Shown in pieces: positions 39,083-51,050 of a stretch of DNA of 64,000 bases. The notes beneath the pieces were generated by a model. It was not told the origin of the DNA and did no database searches. It saw only the letters and a program-made list of their open reading frames with translations. Source of the stretch: Lama guanicoe (taxonomy: Eukaryota); contig MU054391.1 in the NCBI GenBank assembly GCA_013239625.1, positions 8,155,095 to 8,219,094 of the forward strand. The letters run 5' to 3'. Numbering within the stretch: the first letter of the stretch is position 1; every line of letters begins with the position of its first letter. Both the position numbers and the translations under genes were made by a program.

Positions 39083-39225
39083 TATTTTTCTTCCAGCTGT
39101 ACTGGGATATAATTGGCACATAACAGTGTGTAAGTTTAAGGTGTGCAAGGCAATGATTTGATACATGTATGTATTAGGAAACGATTATCATGGTTAGTTA
39201 GTTAACACATCATCACCTAACATAC
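39083..39225 (-). mobile_element. L1MA/MB-type 3' end
   Basis: gatataattggcacataacagtgtgtaagtttaaggtgtgcaa...atgatttgatacatgtat...ttagttaacacatcatcacc. Confidence 0.75.
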
Positions 39226-39464
39226 AAGATAATTCTTAAAATTCTTAAAATGAAGACAAAAAAGGAAGGAGGAAAGAATCTAGGATAGATGTACTGAAAT
39301 TTTTTTGTTTCCTAACCAAAGTTAATGATATGCTTAAACTTAAATGCAGCAGTAATTATATTAACTGTGAATGAAATGTACTCCAATTAAAAGACATATT
39401 TAAAGCTGAATAAAAAGGGCAAAATTCAATCATAGCTTCCTTGGAAAGGATGGACCCTAGGTGA

Positions 39465-39855
39465 TTTCAGTGGATACCATTCTGCTCCAGCCAGGTCTTC
39501 TTTTCAGGCCTCTGGACCCATTCCCAGCTGCTGGGAAGACAGACCCACTACTGCATTTTGCATGGTATTTACCCTTGAATGCAGGGAACTGTCTTGCCCA
39601 AGCTTATGCCAGCTCCTTCCCAGAGATGAGAGGGCCCTTGGCCACCTTAATTTGAGCAACTCAAGAGTCATTCCAGCTGCAAAGCTCCTAACAGGATTTT
39701 CTCCGGCCTTGGTTGCAACTGTATTGTATTTAGCTTCTCCCTCTGATCAATGTTGTCTTAATACTTTTTTATAGGTATATATTTTGAGTGTCCTCTCCAA
39801 TAAGTCTGGATGCAACTATGTCTCAGTCTATTTCTAGGTATCAAATTAAGATCAT
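39465..39855 (+). mobile_element. LTR16-like (ERVL) solo LTR
   Basis: cagggaactgtcttgcccaag, gcaactcaagag...cagctgcaaagctcc, ccaataagtc...gtctcagtctatttctagg...taagatca. Confidence 0.6.
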
Positions 39856-39859
39856 GAGA

Positions 39860-40620
39860 AAAAAGTTGAGAATTAAAAAAAATGGCAAAAGTATACAGGG
39901 TAGACATTAACCAATAGGAAGTTGATTAAGCTGCTCTAATATTGGACAAAGGCTTTGGGGCAAACAGCATGACCAGAGATTTAAAAAGGAACACTTTCTA
40001 ATGATAAAAGTCAATCAAACAGGAAGATACAAACATTTTAAATACCTATGAACCCAAAAATATATCTTTAAAATGTGTAAAATGAAATTTGACAGTACTA
40101 AAGATTTAAAAATATCAATAATCACACAACATTGTAAAATGATTATAAATCAATAAAAAATGTTAAAAAAAAAACCAAACACAACATTGTAAACTGGTTA
40201 TAAATCAATAAAAAATGGTAAAAAAAATATATCAATAATCATTGTGAGGGATTTAACACATCCTCAGTAAATTACAGAGCAAGAAGACAAGAAACTTAAT
40301 CTGCAGAATTAAAATTGATCTGTTTGACACATTTATAAAACTTTATACCCAACAACTAAAGAGCACATATGTTTTTCAAGTTTACATGAAACTGTGACCA
40401 AAAGAAAAAAAAAAAGGGGAGAAGAGGAGTTATGTTAGGCAGAGAGAAAGTTTAAAGTTTGACCAAATCTCAAAGGTTTAGAGTTATACAGAACAGTTCT
40501 CTGACCCAAGCAATGTGTAGTAATGCGTATTCTGTATGGTTTGTTTAAAACATTAAAGGTATAAGTAATTCGCCACATTATTACAGGAAAAGACAAAACA
40601 ATGTGATCATCTTAATATAT
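39860..40620 (+). mobile_element. Old L1 ORF2 endonuclease-region remnant
   Basis: atgataaaagtcaatcaaacaggaagatac, tcaataatcattgtgagggatttaacac (IIVGDFNT-like), ttctctgaccc. Confidence 0.7.
40125..40228 (+). mobile_element. Tandem dimer of L1 extreme 3' ends with 13-bp TSD
   Basis: Two copies of acacaacattgtaaa(a/c)tg(a/g)ttataaatcaataaaaaatg(t/g)t plus an A tract. TSD atatcaataatca at 40112-40124 and 40229-40241. Confidence 0.85.
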
Positions 40621-41689
40621 GAAGAATATACTGGAACGGAAAGCACTCAATAAATGCTAGTTACAGTGGTTCCTAGGAGGTGAAATGCACAAGATGAGGT
40701 ATACAGAGCAGAGTAGAGGAAGGTTCTACAATATTATGCTGCCACTTGGCAGCTATAGCAGAAATGTAAGCAGGTGTTAACAATAACTCAAGTTAAGATA
40801 TGGTAGAATGGGATGAGTCTTTCAAAATCACACGGATTGGAAGGAGCAGAATTTGGAAACCGTTACAGTAAAGCAGGTCGAAGCCAACAAGGGCATACAT
40901 TGGAGCTCTATGGCAGGCATGGCTTGCTCAGTGCAATCAATACTTTGCCCACAAGGTGAAATGTCCTTAATATATTACAGGCTCTATTTGAAATTCTAGG
41001 TAGCATTAGTAAATATGATCAATTCCCTGATCAAACAATTAAGAATTAACCATTTTGACTTATGTGAATTACCTAAAAATGGACTAATTTCTTGGTTCTT
41101 TAAAGGTTTATTTAAGAATCTATTCAAATTTGGATTTTTTCTAAAAACACTGAAAGTTATAAATAATATTATAACTATATAAAAGCCCATGATCTCAAAT
41201 GTTTTAAATAAAAATATAACTAATAACAAATACCATTTAAATCTTTTAAATTTTGCTCCCTAGAGGAAAATTTTTTCTCGTGAATTTGTCTGTGTCTTTC
41301 TAATCCATAATTTTGAAACAAAAACTGACAGAATCAGAAGTGTAAGTGTACTAATCCTCTAGTAATTCTTCTTTCCTAACAGGGTTATTTCTCTCTGTTT
41401 CCCTTCTTCTCAGTCCACTCAATGCAATTTTCTCTCTTAACTTAGTTTTTCATCTTGTATTGTAAACTGTTCAAACATTCTTTTTTTTAAATTATTTTAT
41501 AAACTGCTTAGTTTTTATTTTATCAATTTCTTCATTAGTATTGATTTTCTTCAACTTTCTTTTCATTTTTAGTAACTGATTATAAATGTAGGCACATCTC
41601 TAAATACAAATTTTGCTATGTAGTGTGTCCATTTGATGTTTAATTCTAAGTAATCTTTGATTTTTATTGTGCTTGCCTTTTTGCATCTC

Positions 41690-44060
41690 AAACTGGTTTT
41701 ATGACATGTAACACAAGTTTAGAAAAGCATACATTAAGAAATGAAAAGGTCGGTTCATTTATCACCAGGTGAATAACTAAATAGCCATAACACAGACCAA
41801 GCTACAGCATTGCACACTAATATCTCTTTTTTTCCTTCCAGCCATTACTCTCCATTTTCTAGGCAACAATTATCTTGTTTGGGCATCACTTGACTTTCTG
41901 CATTACTTTACCACCCAATCACGCATTCTTAGACAAACAGGTTTTATTTCCTTCACTCTAGGTTGTGCTGTGGGATTAGTCATGCTGTTGCATGTAGCTG
42001 CAGCTTGTTCATTTTCAGCTACTGTTGCCCCATTCAATACATTCGACACAATGATTTCATTCATTCTGCCATTGGTGGGCGGTTTCCAGAGCTGATATAT
42101 TATAATAATGCCCCTAAGGACGATCTTTAAAATGCCTTTTGTGCATATGTATGCGAATGTCTTTTGGATATACACTTAAGGATGAAATTATAACATCATA
42201 AAGACTGTATATATTCAAACAGAGTAAATACTACTAACTTTTTCTACTTAAAAATAATTTATATTCCCTACAGAAGTTCATGAGAATACTTTTTATTCCA
42301 CATTCTTTCCAACCACTGGTATTATCAAATTTCTGTTGGAGAAGAAGTATTATCTCATTGTAGTTTTAAAGTTTATTTTCCAATATCATTAAAGTGCTTT
42401 TTCATATGTTTGTTGGTTATTTTTATATCCTTATTTGTGAAATTGCTGTTCAGCTGTCTTCTGCACATTTTTATTGAGTGGCCTCTCTTTCTCTTAGTGA
42501 TTTGGAAGATTTACTTACATGCTGTGGATGCAATCTTTGTCAATTATGTGAGTTACAAATATATTCTCTCAGTAGATGTTTGCTTTTTTACTGAATTAAT
42601 GCCACTTATTTAGCAGAAATATTTTAATTTCATCAAAATTTATCAATATTTACTTTCTTAACGATTTTTAAGTCCTATTTAAGAAATATTTTTCTATACA
42701 GAAGTCTTTAAAAATTTTATGTTACTTTTCTAAAGCTTTATTTTTCTTCTTAACATTCAGATCTACAATCCACTAGAATTGATTTCTGTGCAAGCTCTGG
42801 ATATGGATATGTCCATGAATACTAATTATTCTCAGCACCATTTATTAAAAACACAGTTTCTTTCTACTCTCTGAGGCCATGTTTCTTTGTAAGTTAAATG
42901 CACATATATGTATGGGTATGTCTCTGGGCTCATTCTTTTGTTCCATCGGTATAGTTGCCTGTTTCTACACACATACCACACTGTCTTAATTATTGTAACA
43001 TTATTACAATAAGTCTTAATATCCAGTAGGGGCAAGTTTTCCCGTTTTGTTGTTCTTTTTCAAGATTATTTTGGATATTCTGTGCCACTCGCATTCCCAC
43101 ATGATTTTTAGAATCAGCCTGGCAAGGTCAACAAACCATCATATTAGAGTTCTGATGGGGTAGATCTGGTAGAATTTGGATAAAATGAAACTATAATATT
43201 GATATTTCTGATAGTAAAATGGCATATTCCTCCACTTAAGCAGAAGTTTTTTGGGGGTAGGGACTAGGATGGAGTAAACTGATCTTACGTCCAATGAACT
43301 TGCTTATAATGCTGCTTTATTCTAGTAATTATCCACAGATGCTCTTGGATGGTTTACACATATAATGACAATGACTACACATGTTTTAGTTTATGCCCTC
43401 ACTACATATGATTTTGTTTGTTTTCCTTTTGGACTAGCTAGGACCTCAAATACATATTGAATAAAAGTAGCCACTGTGGCCATCCATTTCTCATTCCTGA
43501 TCTCAAAGGAAAAGCTTCAGACATTCCACCATCAAGCTCAAGGCTTTGTCTTTTGCATTTGTTGTAGCTATCTTGTATCAGAATAAAAATATTCTTTGCT
43601 GTTAAATTATGAATGGACATTTAATGTTATCAACTAATTCATCTGTACCTATTGAGATAATTCTCAATTTTTCTCAATTATTCTATTAAGGTGTCAAATC
43701 ACATTGACTTTAAAATATTTCCAGTCTTAACTTTGAAGTCTAAAAACAACTTGGTCATAATATATATTTTGCTAAAATGTTAATATTTTCGTTAGGATTT
43801 TAATATCATATTTAAGGTCTGAAATTTTCCTTTTTTGTAAGGCCTGTGTCACGTTCTTTTTTTAATCAACATTATGACATTATGATGATTTAAAAAAAGA
43901 CAAACTGACCTCAAACTGAAAGGCAGAGAGTTTTTTTTCTTTTTTCATTTATCTGGAAGAATGTATAAGTTTGTCATCATTTTTTCCCTAACTCTGGTAA
44001 ATTTTCCTGGTGAAGTTTTACCTAGAGTTTTCGTTCATTTGTTTTTTGGAATGATTTTAA
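41690..44060 (-). mobile_element. Old L1 (L1ME-type) 3' UTR plus ORF2, antisense
   Basis: gctgttgcatgtagctgcagcttgttcatttt, ttccacattctttccaaccactggtattatca, ctcagcaccatttattaaaa, ttcctgatctcaaaggaaaagcttc. Confidence 0.85.
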
Positions 44061-44215
44061 TTGAGACTATTATTTCCTTATTTATTTCAAAACTATACCA
44101 ATAATCCACTTAAATGTCCTGGCAAATTTAAAAAGAATACTATTTCCATTGCACACCCGGGAAGTACTGCACTTAGGCTAGGCAAGAGGGAACCCCGCTC
44201 TCAGTCAGTCATGTG

Positions 44216-44330
44216 TATAATGACGAATTGGTCCCAGTTTGCAAGAGACCGCCCCATTATGAACTTTAAAAGTCCCTGTATTTCAGGAAACTCCTCTGTA
44301 TCATGCAGATCACACAGGCTGGTCACCACA
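44216..44330. mobile_element. MER81/MER94-like hAT MITE remnant
   Basis: gtcccagtttgc...aaaagtccctgtatttcaggaaactcctctg...ctggtcacc is colinear with 30315-30427. Confidence 0.55.
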
Positions 44331-44699
44331 GAGTTGCTCACTTGGCAGCTCTGAGGACTAAGGGGATATATTCATCTAGCGTGGTATCAACAGCATGTAA
44401 GTAGAAATAAAAATATAAAGAAGAAAATAAAAACATTCCTCACATTAATAATAGATATTAAGATAGGGAAATGAAACACAAACTGTGCCTAGATAGGGTT
44501 CATACAAGGAAATAAACCAAAACAATGATGTTTCTGTTTAAAGACATAACTTAAGAATACGTTTTTGAAATTACAAAATGTCTTATATTCAAGACACATT
44601 ATGTGCTGGGGAAAATCAACTCAAAATGATTAACAATGAGAAAACTCTACCTTAGTTATTCAGTTAAAAAGAAAAACACCCAGTATCCTAAAGAGAGTT

Positions 44700-46720
44700 G
44701 ACAAAACTCTTAGAAATTGACCTAAGATTTAATATAACTTCAATCAAAATCCTAGTGGTTAATTTTTTCATTCAAATTAGCAAACTAATTCCAAGTTTAT
44801 TGTGGGCAAGGACTACAAAGAGCTGAGACATTCTCCAAAAGTAAGCCGACAAGATGATAATTAACAGGAAATTGTTAAGAGACTTTCGTATATGGTATAT
44901 AGTAACAGTTAAGTGGGCTAACAGAACAGAAATAAGCCTAGACAAGACCCAACCATATACGGAACCTTGATTTATAACACGGTTAACATTACTGATCAAC
45001 AGGAAAACGCTGGACTCTTAAGTGAATGGTGCTAATAAACAGGAACTGGAGCATTTCAGAAAAATAGTCGATTCCATAGTTCAGGCAGAGTAGGCCCAAC
45101 ATGAGCCTAGAATATACTGTCGTGTCAGAAAGTCAGAAGGGGGCATGTCAGAAACACTGAGAACCAGACTGAGGAGGCTTTTAAGGGCCAAATCTGGGAG
45201 GATTTGTGCACTGAAATAGCTATGTTCAGTAATCAACTATATAAACCATTAAATGTAGGAATTTATGATTGTTCAATAATAAATACATAAATGCAGAAGA
45301 AGTGAAGTCTCTTGCTTATGGTAGAATACCGAACGTTGGATGGATTCTGGAGCTGGAAACTCATTATACTCTGACCATGATGGTTAAGACTGTCAGACAA
45401 GAAGCACCAGTGGATACTATATTTAGGGAGAAATTTGGATAAGATCCAGAGATTTGCATGGAACTAAATTGTCCCCCATTAATTGTTTATTCGTTGAGAA
45501 AAGTGTTAACAGCAACATTTTTTAAAGAGTAAATTAACAATGGAGAATTGGGGCAACACCTTCAAGGCGATCAGAGGGAACGGTGCTCATGGACATTGTT
45601 TCTCCAGATGTGATAATCTTTAGACACACCACAAATGCATAACTTCATTGTAGTTGTGAATAAGCAACAAATGCAAAATAAGGACTCTTCTCTTGAAAAA
45701 GAGAATGAATTCTATATTCTTCAATTGGGTCCATGTTATCAAAGACATAGGAAGTCTTCGAGAATGTTGTAGGTTAAAGAGACATGGTAACTCTGTAACA
45801 TCTGACCCTAGAGATTGGATTCTGTGCTAGACTGGGAAAATGCTATAAAGGATAAGACTGGGCCAATTCAAAAAAATTGGAATATAAGTGATAAAGTACT
45901 GATTCAATGTAAATTTATGAATTTGATTATGACTGTGGTTATATAATACTCCTATTCTTAGGAAATACACATAAAAGTATTGATGAGAGCCATGGTGAGA
46001 GCCATGATTAATGTAATTTGCACACACGTATCTATGTATATATGTGCACATATATATACATACATATAACATGGGCATATGAATAATAAGCAAACCTGGG
46101 TAAATGGTATATGAATTTTCTTTGTACTTTTTTTTTGCAACACACTATAAACTTGAAATTATTCCCAACTAATTTTTTTTACTTGATAAATAGTGCTAGA
46201 ATAAATTCCAAATTCATTTGGTAAAAAAAAAAAAAACAACGTTATCCTTATGGCACATAATACAAATTACATATGTATTACAACATTTTATATGAAAGGG
46301 AAATTAAAAGAAATTTATATGAAAACATAGTCTTGGAGATAAGAATCACATAAATAAAACAAAACTGGAAACTCCATACTCCATCATCAATCAAATGAAT
46401 AATTTGTGGAAAATATGTTCAACCGAATAGTAAACTGCATGTAAAATGTATGTGTTTAAGCTACATGCAACAGTATGAAGAAATTGTAAGAACACAGGTT
46501 AAGGGAAAAAAATCGAGATGCAGAAGAATGCATTTATGTTTTTCATATTATATGAAACCCAAATCTGCACATACACATGCTTGTACATGAATCCATTGTG
46601 AGATGGCGTGAAAGCACATGTGGTAAAACTATAGAGAAAGATCTGAAATACAGAGAAGTGGAGATTGTGAAAGGATGAGAAGGGGGTTGACACTGTCAGA
46701 GTAAGGCACGTAGGACTGCG
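44700..46720 (+). mobile_element. Old L1 ORF2 remnant with nested L1MC-type 3' UTR (about 45040-46170)
   Basis: tcaatcaaaatcctag, acagaacagaaataagcctagacaagaccc, atgagcctagaatatact, ggccaaatctgggaggattt, tattcttaggaaatacacat. Confidence 0.75.
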
Positions 46721-46794
46721 AAAGGAATGGTGAGAGACCTCTTACATTGGGTAGCTGGAATTCCAATGCGATGTTATCAGTGTTAGCCTCTATG

Positions 46795-47035
46795 CCTGGG
46801 CAAATTATATTTCCCAAAGATCGACACACCAATATATAGCTCTCTCCACGCATTTTGATTACAACGTAATGCTGACATCCTTCCACTGAGAAGTTGTGTC
46901 CACATTCCCTTGAAACTGGATGGGACTTTGAATACGCCTCTGTCAACAGGGTGCCATGGTGGTGCCACGATCGGACTTCTGAGGCTAGGCAGTAATAGGT
47001 GACAGGGTCTCTCTCTCTCTCTCTCTCTCTCATAC
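46795..47035 (+). mobile_element. MLT1 (MLT1F/G/H-like) LTR 5' part ending in (TC)12
   Basis: tatatttcccaaagat...cccttgaaactggatgggactttg...gacttctgaggctagg followed by tctctctc. Confidence 0.65.
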
Positions 47036-47241
47036 TGCACATGAAAATCATCTGCAAAATATTAGAAAGTCTAAGCAAGTGTGCACTTAGGCCCTTAGTG
47101 TCCTCCAGGGACTATGGTTGACACAGAAAATCACCTAAGAAAATGAAATCTGTCTCTTCGACTTCTCTCCACATCATCATCCAGTTTTCATTTACAACAT
47201 TTACAGCATGCACTATTCATGTTCAGATAAACTACACTGAC

Positions 47242-47496
47242 CTGAAGCAGACAGTCAGATATTTCTCCTGCAAACATGGCTTTCTTCAGGATCAGCAGAG
47301 AACTGCAATCGGGGTTCTGCAACCACGGCAAGCCCTGGGCAGGTTCCCACTAGGCAAGAGAAGGAGAACTCTGGCCGAGGGGAAGAGAGAGCGGGGAGGG
47401 CTGTAGCAAACAGGGTCTGCACTCCCACTTGGCTGAGCCCTTGCCAGGACAGAAGAGGAGTCTTTCTTCTTCCTGCTGGGCTCTGCTATTGTCACA
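47242..47496. mobile_element. Possible LTR fragment
   Basis: GC-richer block with TG...CA ends inside AT-rich DNA. Family not recognised with certainty. Confidence 0.3.
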
Positions 47497-48439
47497 GACC
47501 CCCTCTAGCCTCCCAACCCTATTTAACTGAGGCTTCTGTTTATTCATTTTTTAACAAACTATCAGCATCTCAGATTTTAAGCCTCTACTTAAAATTTTTT
47601 TTTGGCTCATGAGGTTACGCTGACCTAGATAACCAAACACCTTCTTTGTTCCTTAACTGTGTTCTGTTCATTCTTCTATAAACAACACAAACATACTTTT
47701 TTTTTAATGGCTTTCTTAAGAATTTTAGCTAATAATAGTGCTTCTTTTTACAGATGTAACTGTTCGAACATCACAAGTCTATTAGTTTGTCTCCAGTCAT
47801 GTTCTCTAATTGTCCGACAATGTATAGACTGGTGACAAAACGTTACTAGTCCATATGTACTGTATATCCTCAAGTAAAATGCAAAATTTCTGAGGTGTTA
47901 ATAATTATGCTAATAAAGAGTTCCTAAAGATGTGGAAAATTATACTATAAAGTTTAACATCAAAAGCAGACATAAAGGTTAATGCACAATAGAATATTCA
48001 CTGTGTTAAAAGCTACATCATAAAGACTGGAGGAATATACATTAAACTATTGAGGGTGGCCATCTGTGAATGTTGAGATTATAGATGCTGGTTATTTATT
48101 TAAAATTTTCTCATCTGGCCCACTTATTTAGCAATGACCATATATGACAAAACATTTTATTAAAATATAATTTCTTATTTCTCCAAAAGTGAAAAGGACT
48201 CTCTTCCTTTTTTTAAATTAGGGAATTGATTTTAGGCTGGAAACAGGCTAATTAATGGCATATTATGTTTTTTTCCTATATATATAATTTAAGTTTGTTT
48301 ATATTCTGATAATTTTCCTCAAGATAATATACCTCAATATAACGATTTTGTTTGTATTTTTGTCAGTTCAATATTCATCTACTGAATTGCTTCTAATTCC
48401 TTGAAGAGTGGACTTGAACAATGAGAGAAATGATAATAA

Positions 48440-48700
48440 TTTAATAATATGAAAATATTGAGTATTCATTATGTGCTAGTCATGCAGTGCATTCAATATT
48501 TTATCTGTAGAGTCATGTTATATTTCAAAAAATTCTTATGACACAATGACTATTTTTAATCATCATTTTAGAGGTGGGAAAACTGAGATTAAAAGAGTAA
48601 ATAGCTTTTCCATGATCACCCATTAGTAAGTGGAAGAGCAGGATTCAAACATAAGCTTGCATAGCTCCAGAAAGCAGACTCTGAAACAGTCAACCACATG
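48440..48700 (-). mobile_element. MIR
   Basis: atattgagtattcattatgtgctag...cattttagaggtgggaaaactgagatt...tagtaagtggaagagcaggattcaaac. Confidence 0.75.
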
Positions 48701-48940
48701 ATCTCCTGCATGTGCTTTGTGTCTCTTCGTTATGCCTAGCACACAACCCTACACGTGGTAATGCTTAATTAACACAGGATGGACTGATGGTTCATGGTCC
48801 AAAATTAAAAGAAAAAACTAAAATGATGAACGTGTATTGATTTATATCCCTAAGTCTATTTTTCATATAGCTCAACAGAGTAAAAACTAGTTCAGAAATG
48901 ATCCCAGCCAGCAGAGGAAAAGGTATGCCCCCTCATCGCA

Positions 48941-48959
48941 GCAGCGCCCCCTGGCAGAC
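48941..48959 (-). promoter_or_regulatory. Candidate CTCF binding site
   Basis: Reverse complement gtctgccagggggcgctgc closely matches the CTCF core CCRSYAGRKGGCRS (one mismatch). Lies in a CpG-retaining non-repeat patch. Confidence 0.6.
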
Positions 48960-50779
48960 TATGCTAGACAGATTGCGCTTCTAGTTTTACGAGTCAGGAC
49001 ACCACTAAATATGTTTTTTTTTCCCCTACTTTAAGTCCATTTCCATTTTCTGCTCAAACAACATAATCTGTCCTAAAGCATAAGTAAATCCCTGTTTTCT
49101 ACAGCAACAATCAAAAATGGCAGATTGACAAGATAAGGCACCAACAAAACTAAACGATACTGAAGGTGTCCTATACACCCCGTTCTTCAAATTCTGAGTG
49201 GTGCACAAATGGCAGCATTACTAGTGAGGAGCAGTGAGATGACCAACCATCTCACCTAAAACCAGGAGGTGATGCTTTTCCGTGTAAACGTGTGGACTGA
49301 TTGTGGTGAGAAAACGGAATTCAATGTGATGGGAAGGCAGTCATCAATGTGTGTGCAGAGCAGCCTTAAGGATGACCAGGAAGTGCAGGCAACATACACT
49401 AAAACCGAGAATGAAGCCATGTATCTGCTACACCACTCATGAGCCGAGGTTAAGGGAGACGCCATCGACACCCTGCTGTCATTCTGCTGTGCCTGAAGTC
49501 GAGTATTTGGTAGTCTGTATACTCCAGGGACTAATTTTATGGCTCATCTCATTTTCCATGAGGAATATCCTCCTCAGCTATGCCATACTGAAAAGGTTAC
49601 ATAAATATTAAGCCTGCATTTTATTTTCAAGCACTCAATTTTCTCTGGATTTCTAGACATAGTGGGGGGCAGCATCACTGACTATAAAATTCAATACGAA
49701 AATGCTATGAAATTCAATTGCTTTATGATAGGGATTAACTTTTTTTTTGTATTAGTATCCAATTTGTACAAGTTACCCTTGTCCAAAGCAGAAAGCTATT
49801 CAGTGTGAACATACTTTAAAAGTAATAGGCAAGTTGAATAAAGACGCCATTTCTCTATCTAGAAGGATTTTTGAGTGATATAGTGCCTGTTTAAAATTCA
49901 TAATCCATGACCTTGGTTTCTGAAGTGAAGATGGAGAAATACTATTATTTTCATTGTTCTTTAAATTTTCACTCTGTTATTGCAAAAGTTTCACTTGAAT
50001 GTGTATTTTGAGTGTCAAATGATCTCATCTGAAATGGTACAAGCTTATTTATGGTGTATCTATGGAGCAGAATGGGGTAAAAGCTAAAGAAATTTTACAG
50101 CTAGTGACTATAGTGAGTTGCTTTTCTTAATATATCAGTTGACATTTCATGTGCAGAATTTGTGCATTTCTAATAGTCCCTATAAAATGTCATTCTGTTC
50201 AGGAACAGTAGGCTGCCCATGCACAGTCTCCTGCAGCCCATGCAGGGGCCCAGGGCTGCCCGGCTGCCAGGCCATCGCCCCGATGAGGTGTCTGCACAAC
50301 TTCTCTGAAGAAGTGCAACTGAACTCTAAATGCCATCCACGGTTCTGCCCTTCACACTTCCCCCCGAAATGGAACACAAAGGTCTGTACCATAGTAACTA
50401 ATTAAAAAAGAAAGTTAAATTCTGAATTATATTATTTGAATTGAATGAGACTTTTTAAGTTGCAATTGAATAAATCCATTTCATTATCAATCAAAGCAAC
50501 TTACTTGCCTGTAAAAGTACAAGGCAAGTACTTTTCTTTCTTCTCTCCCTCACACCCCAACCCCTGATCCACGCACAGCTGCCCTATAACACTGTGCAGG
50601 GTTTTCTACAAGGAAGAAAAGTTGAAACCATGTAAAAACGTGAAATTTATTTTCAAAGAACAAATACAACGGCCATCATTTATTTTTGTTTTGAACCTCA
50701 ATTCTTATGTAGTTCAATCTTAACATCTCTAGGAAACTCTCCCAATTTCCCAGACTGGCCCTGGCCATTCTGATCTTTG

Positions 50780-51050
50780 AGTGGCAGCACAGAATATTGC
50801 TTAAGGAGAAAGACTCAGGACTGCCTGACCTAAACCCCAGTTCTGTTTCTTATAAGCTGTGTGATTTGGGTATGCCATGTAACCTCTCTGAACTTTAATT
50901 CCCCAATCTGAAAAATGTGAGTGATAACAGTGGAGTATAGTTGACGGGTTGGTTTACAAAGACTGAATGAATTTATAGATGTGAAGCACGTTAAACAGTA
51001 ACAGTGTCAGGCCCAGAGGCAGACAACATAAATCTATATTATTATTATTA
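50780..51050 (+). mobile_element. MIR
   Basis: agctgtgtgatttgggtatgccatgtaacctctctgaactttaattccccaatctgaaaaatg. Confidence 0.75.

Noticed and set aside
46629..47078. 149-aa ORF
   Set aside because: It spans a (GA)n microsatellite, an MLT1 LTR and an L1 remnant.
49272..49610. Possible pseudogene frame (MLFRVNVWTDCGEK...) with in-frame stops
   Set aside because: No recognisable parent protein, no poly-A tail and no TSD. A tblastx search would be needed to revive it.
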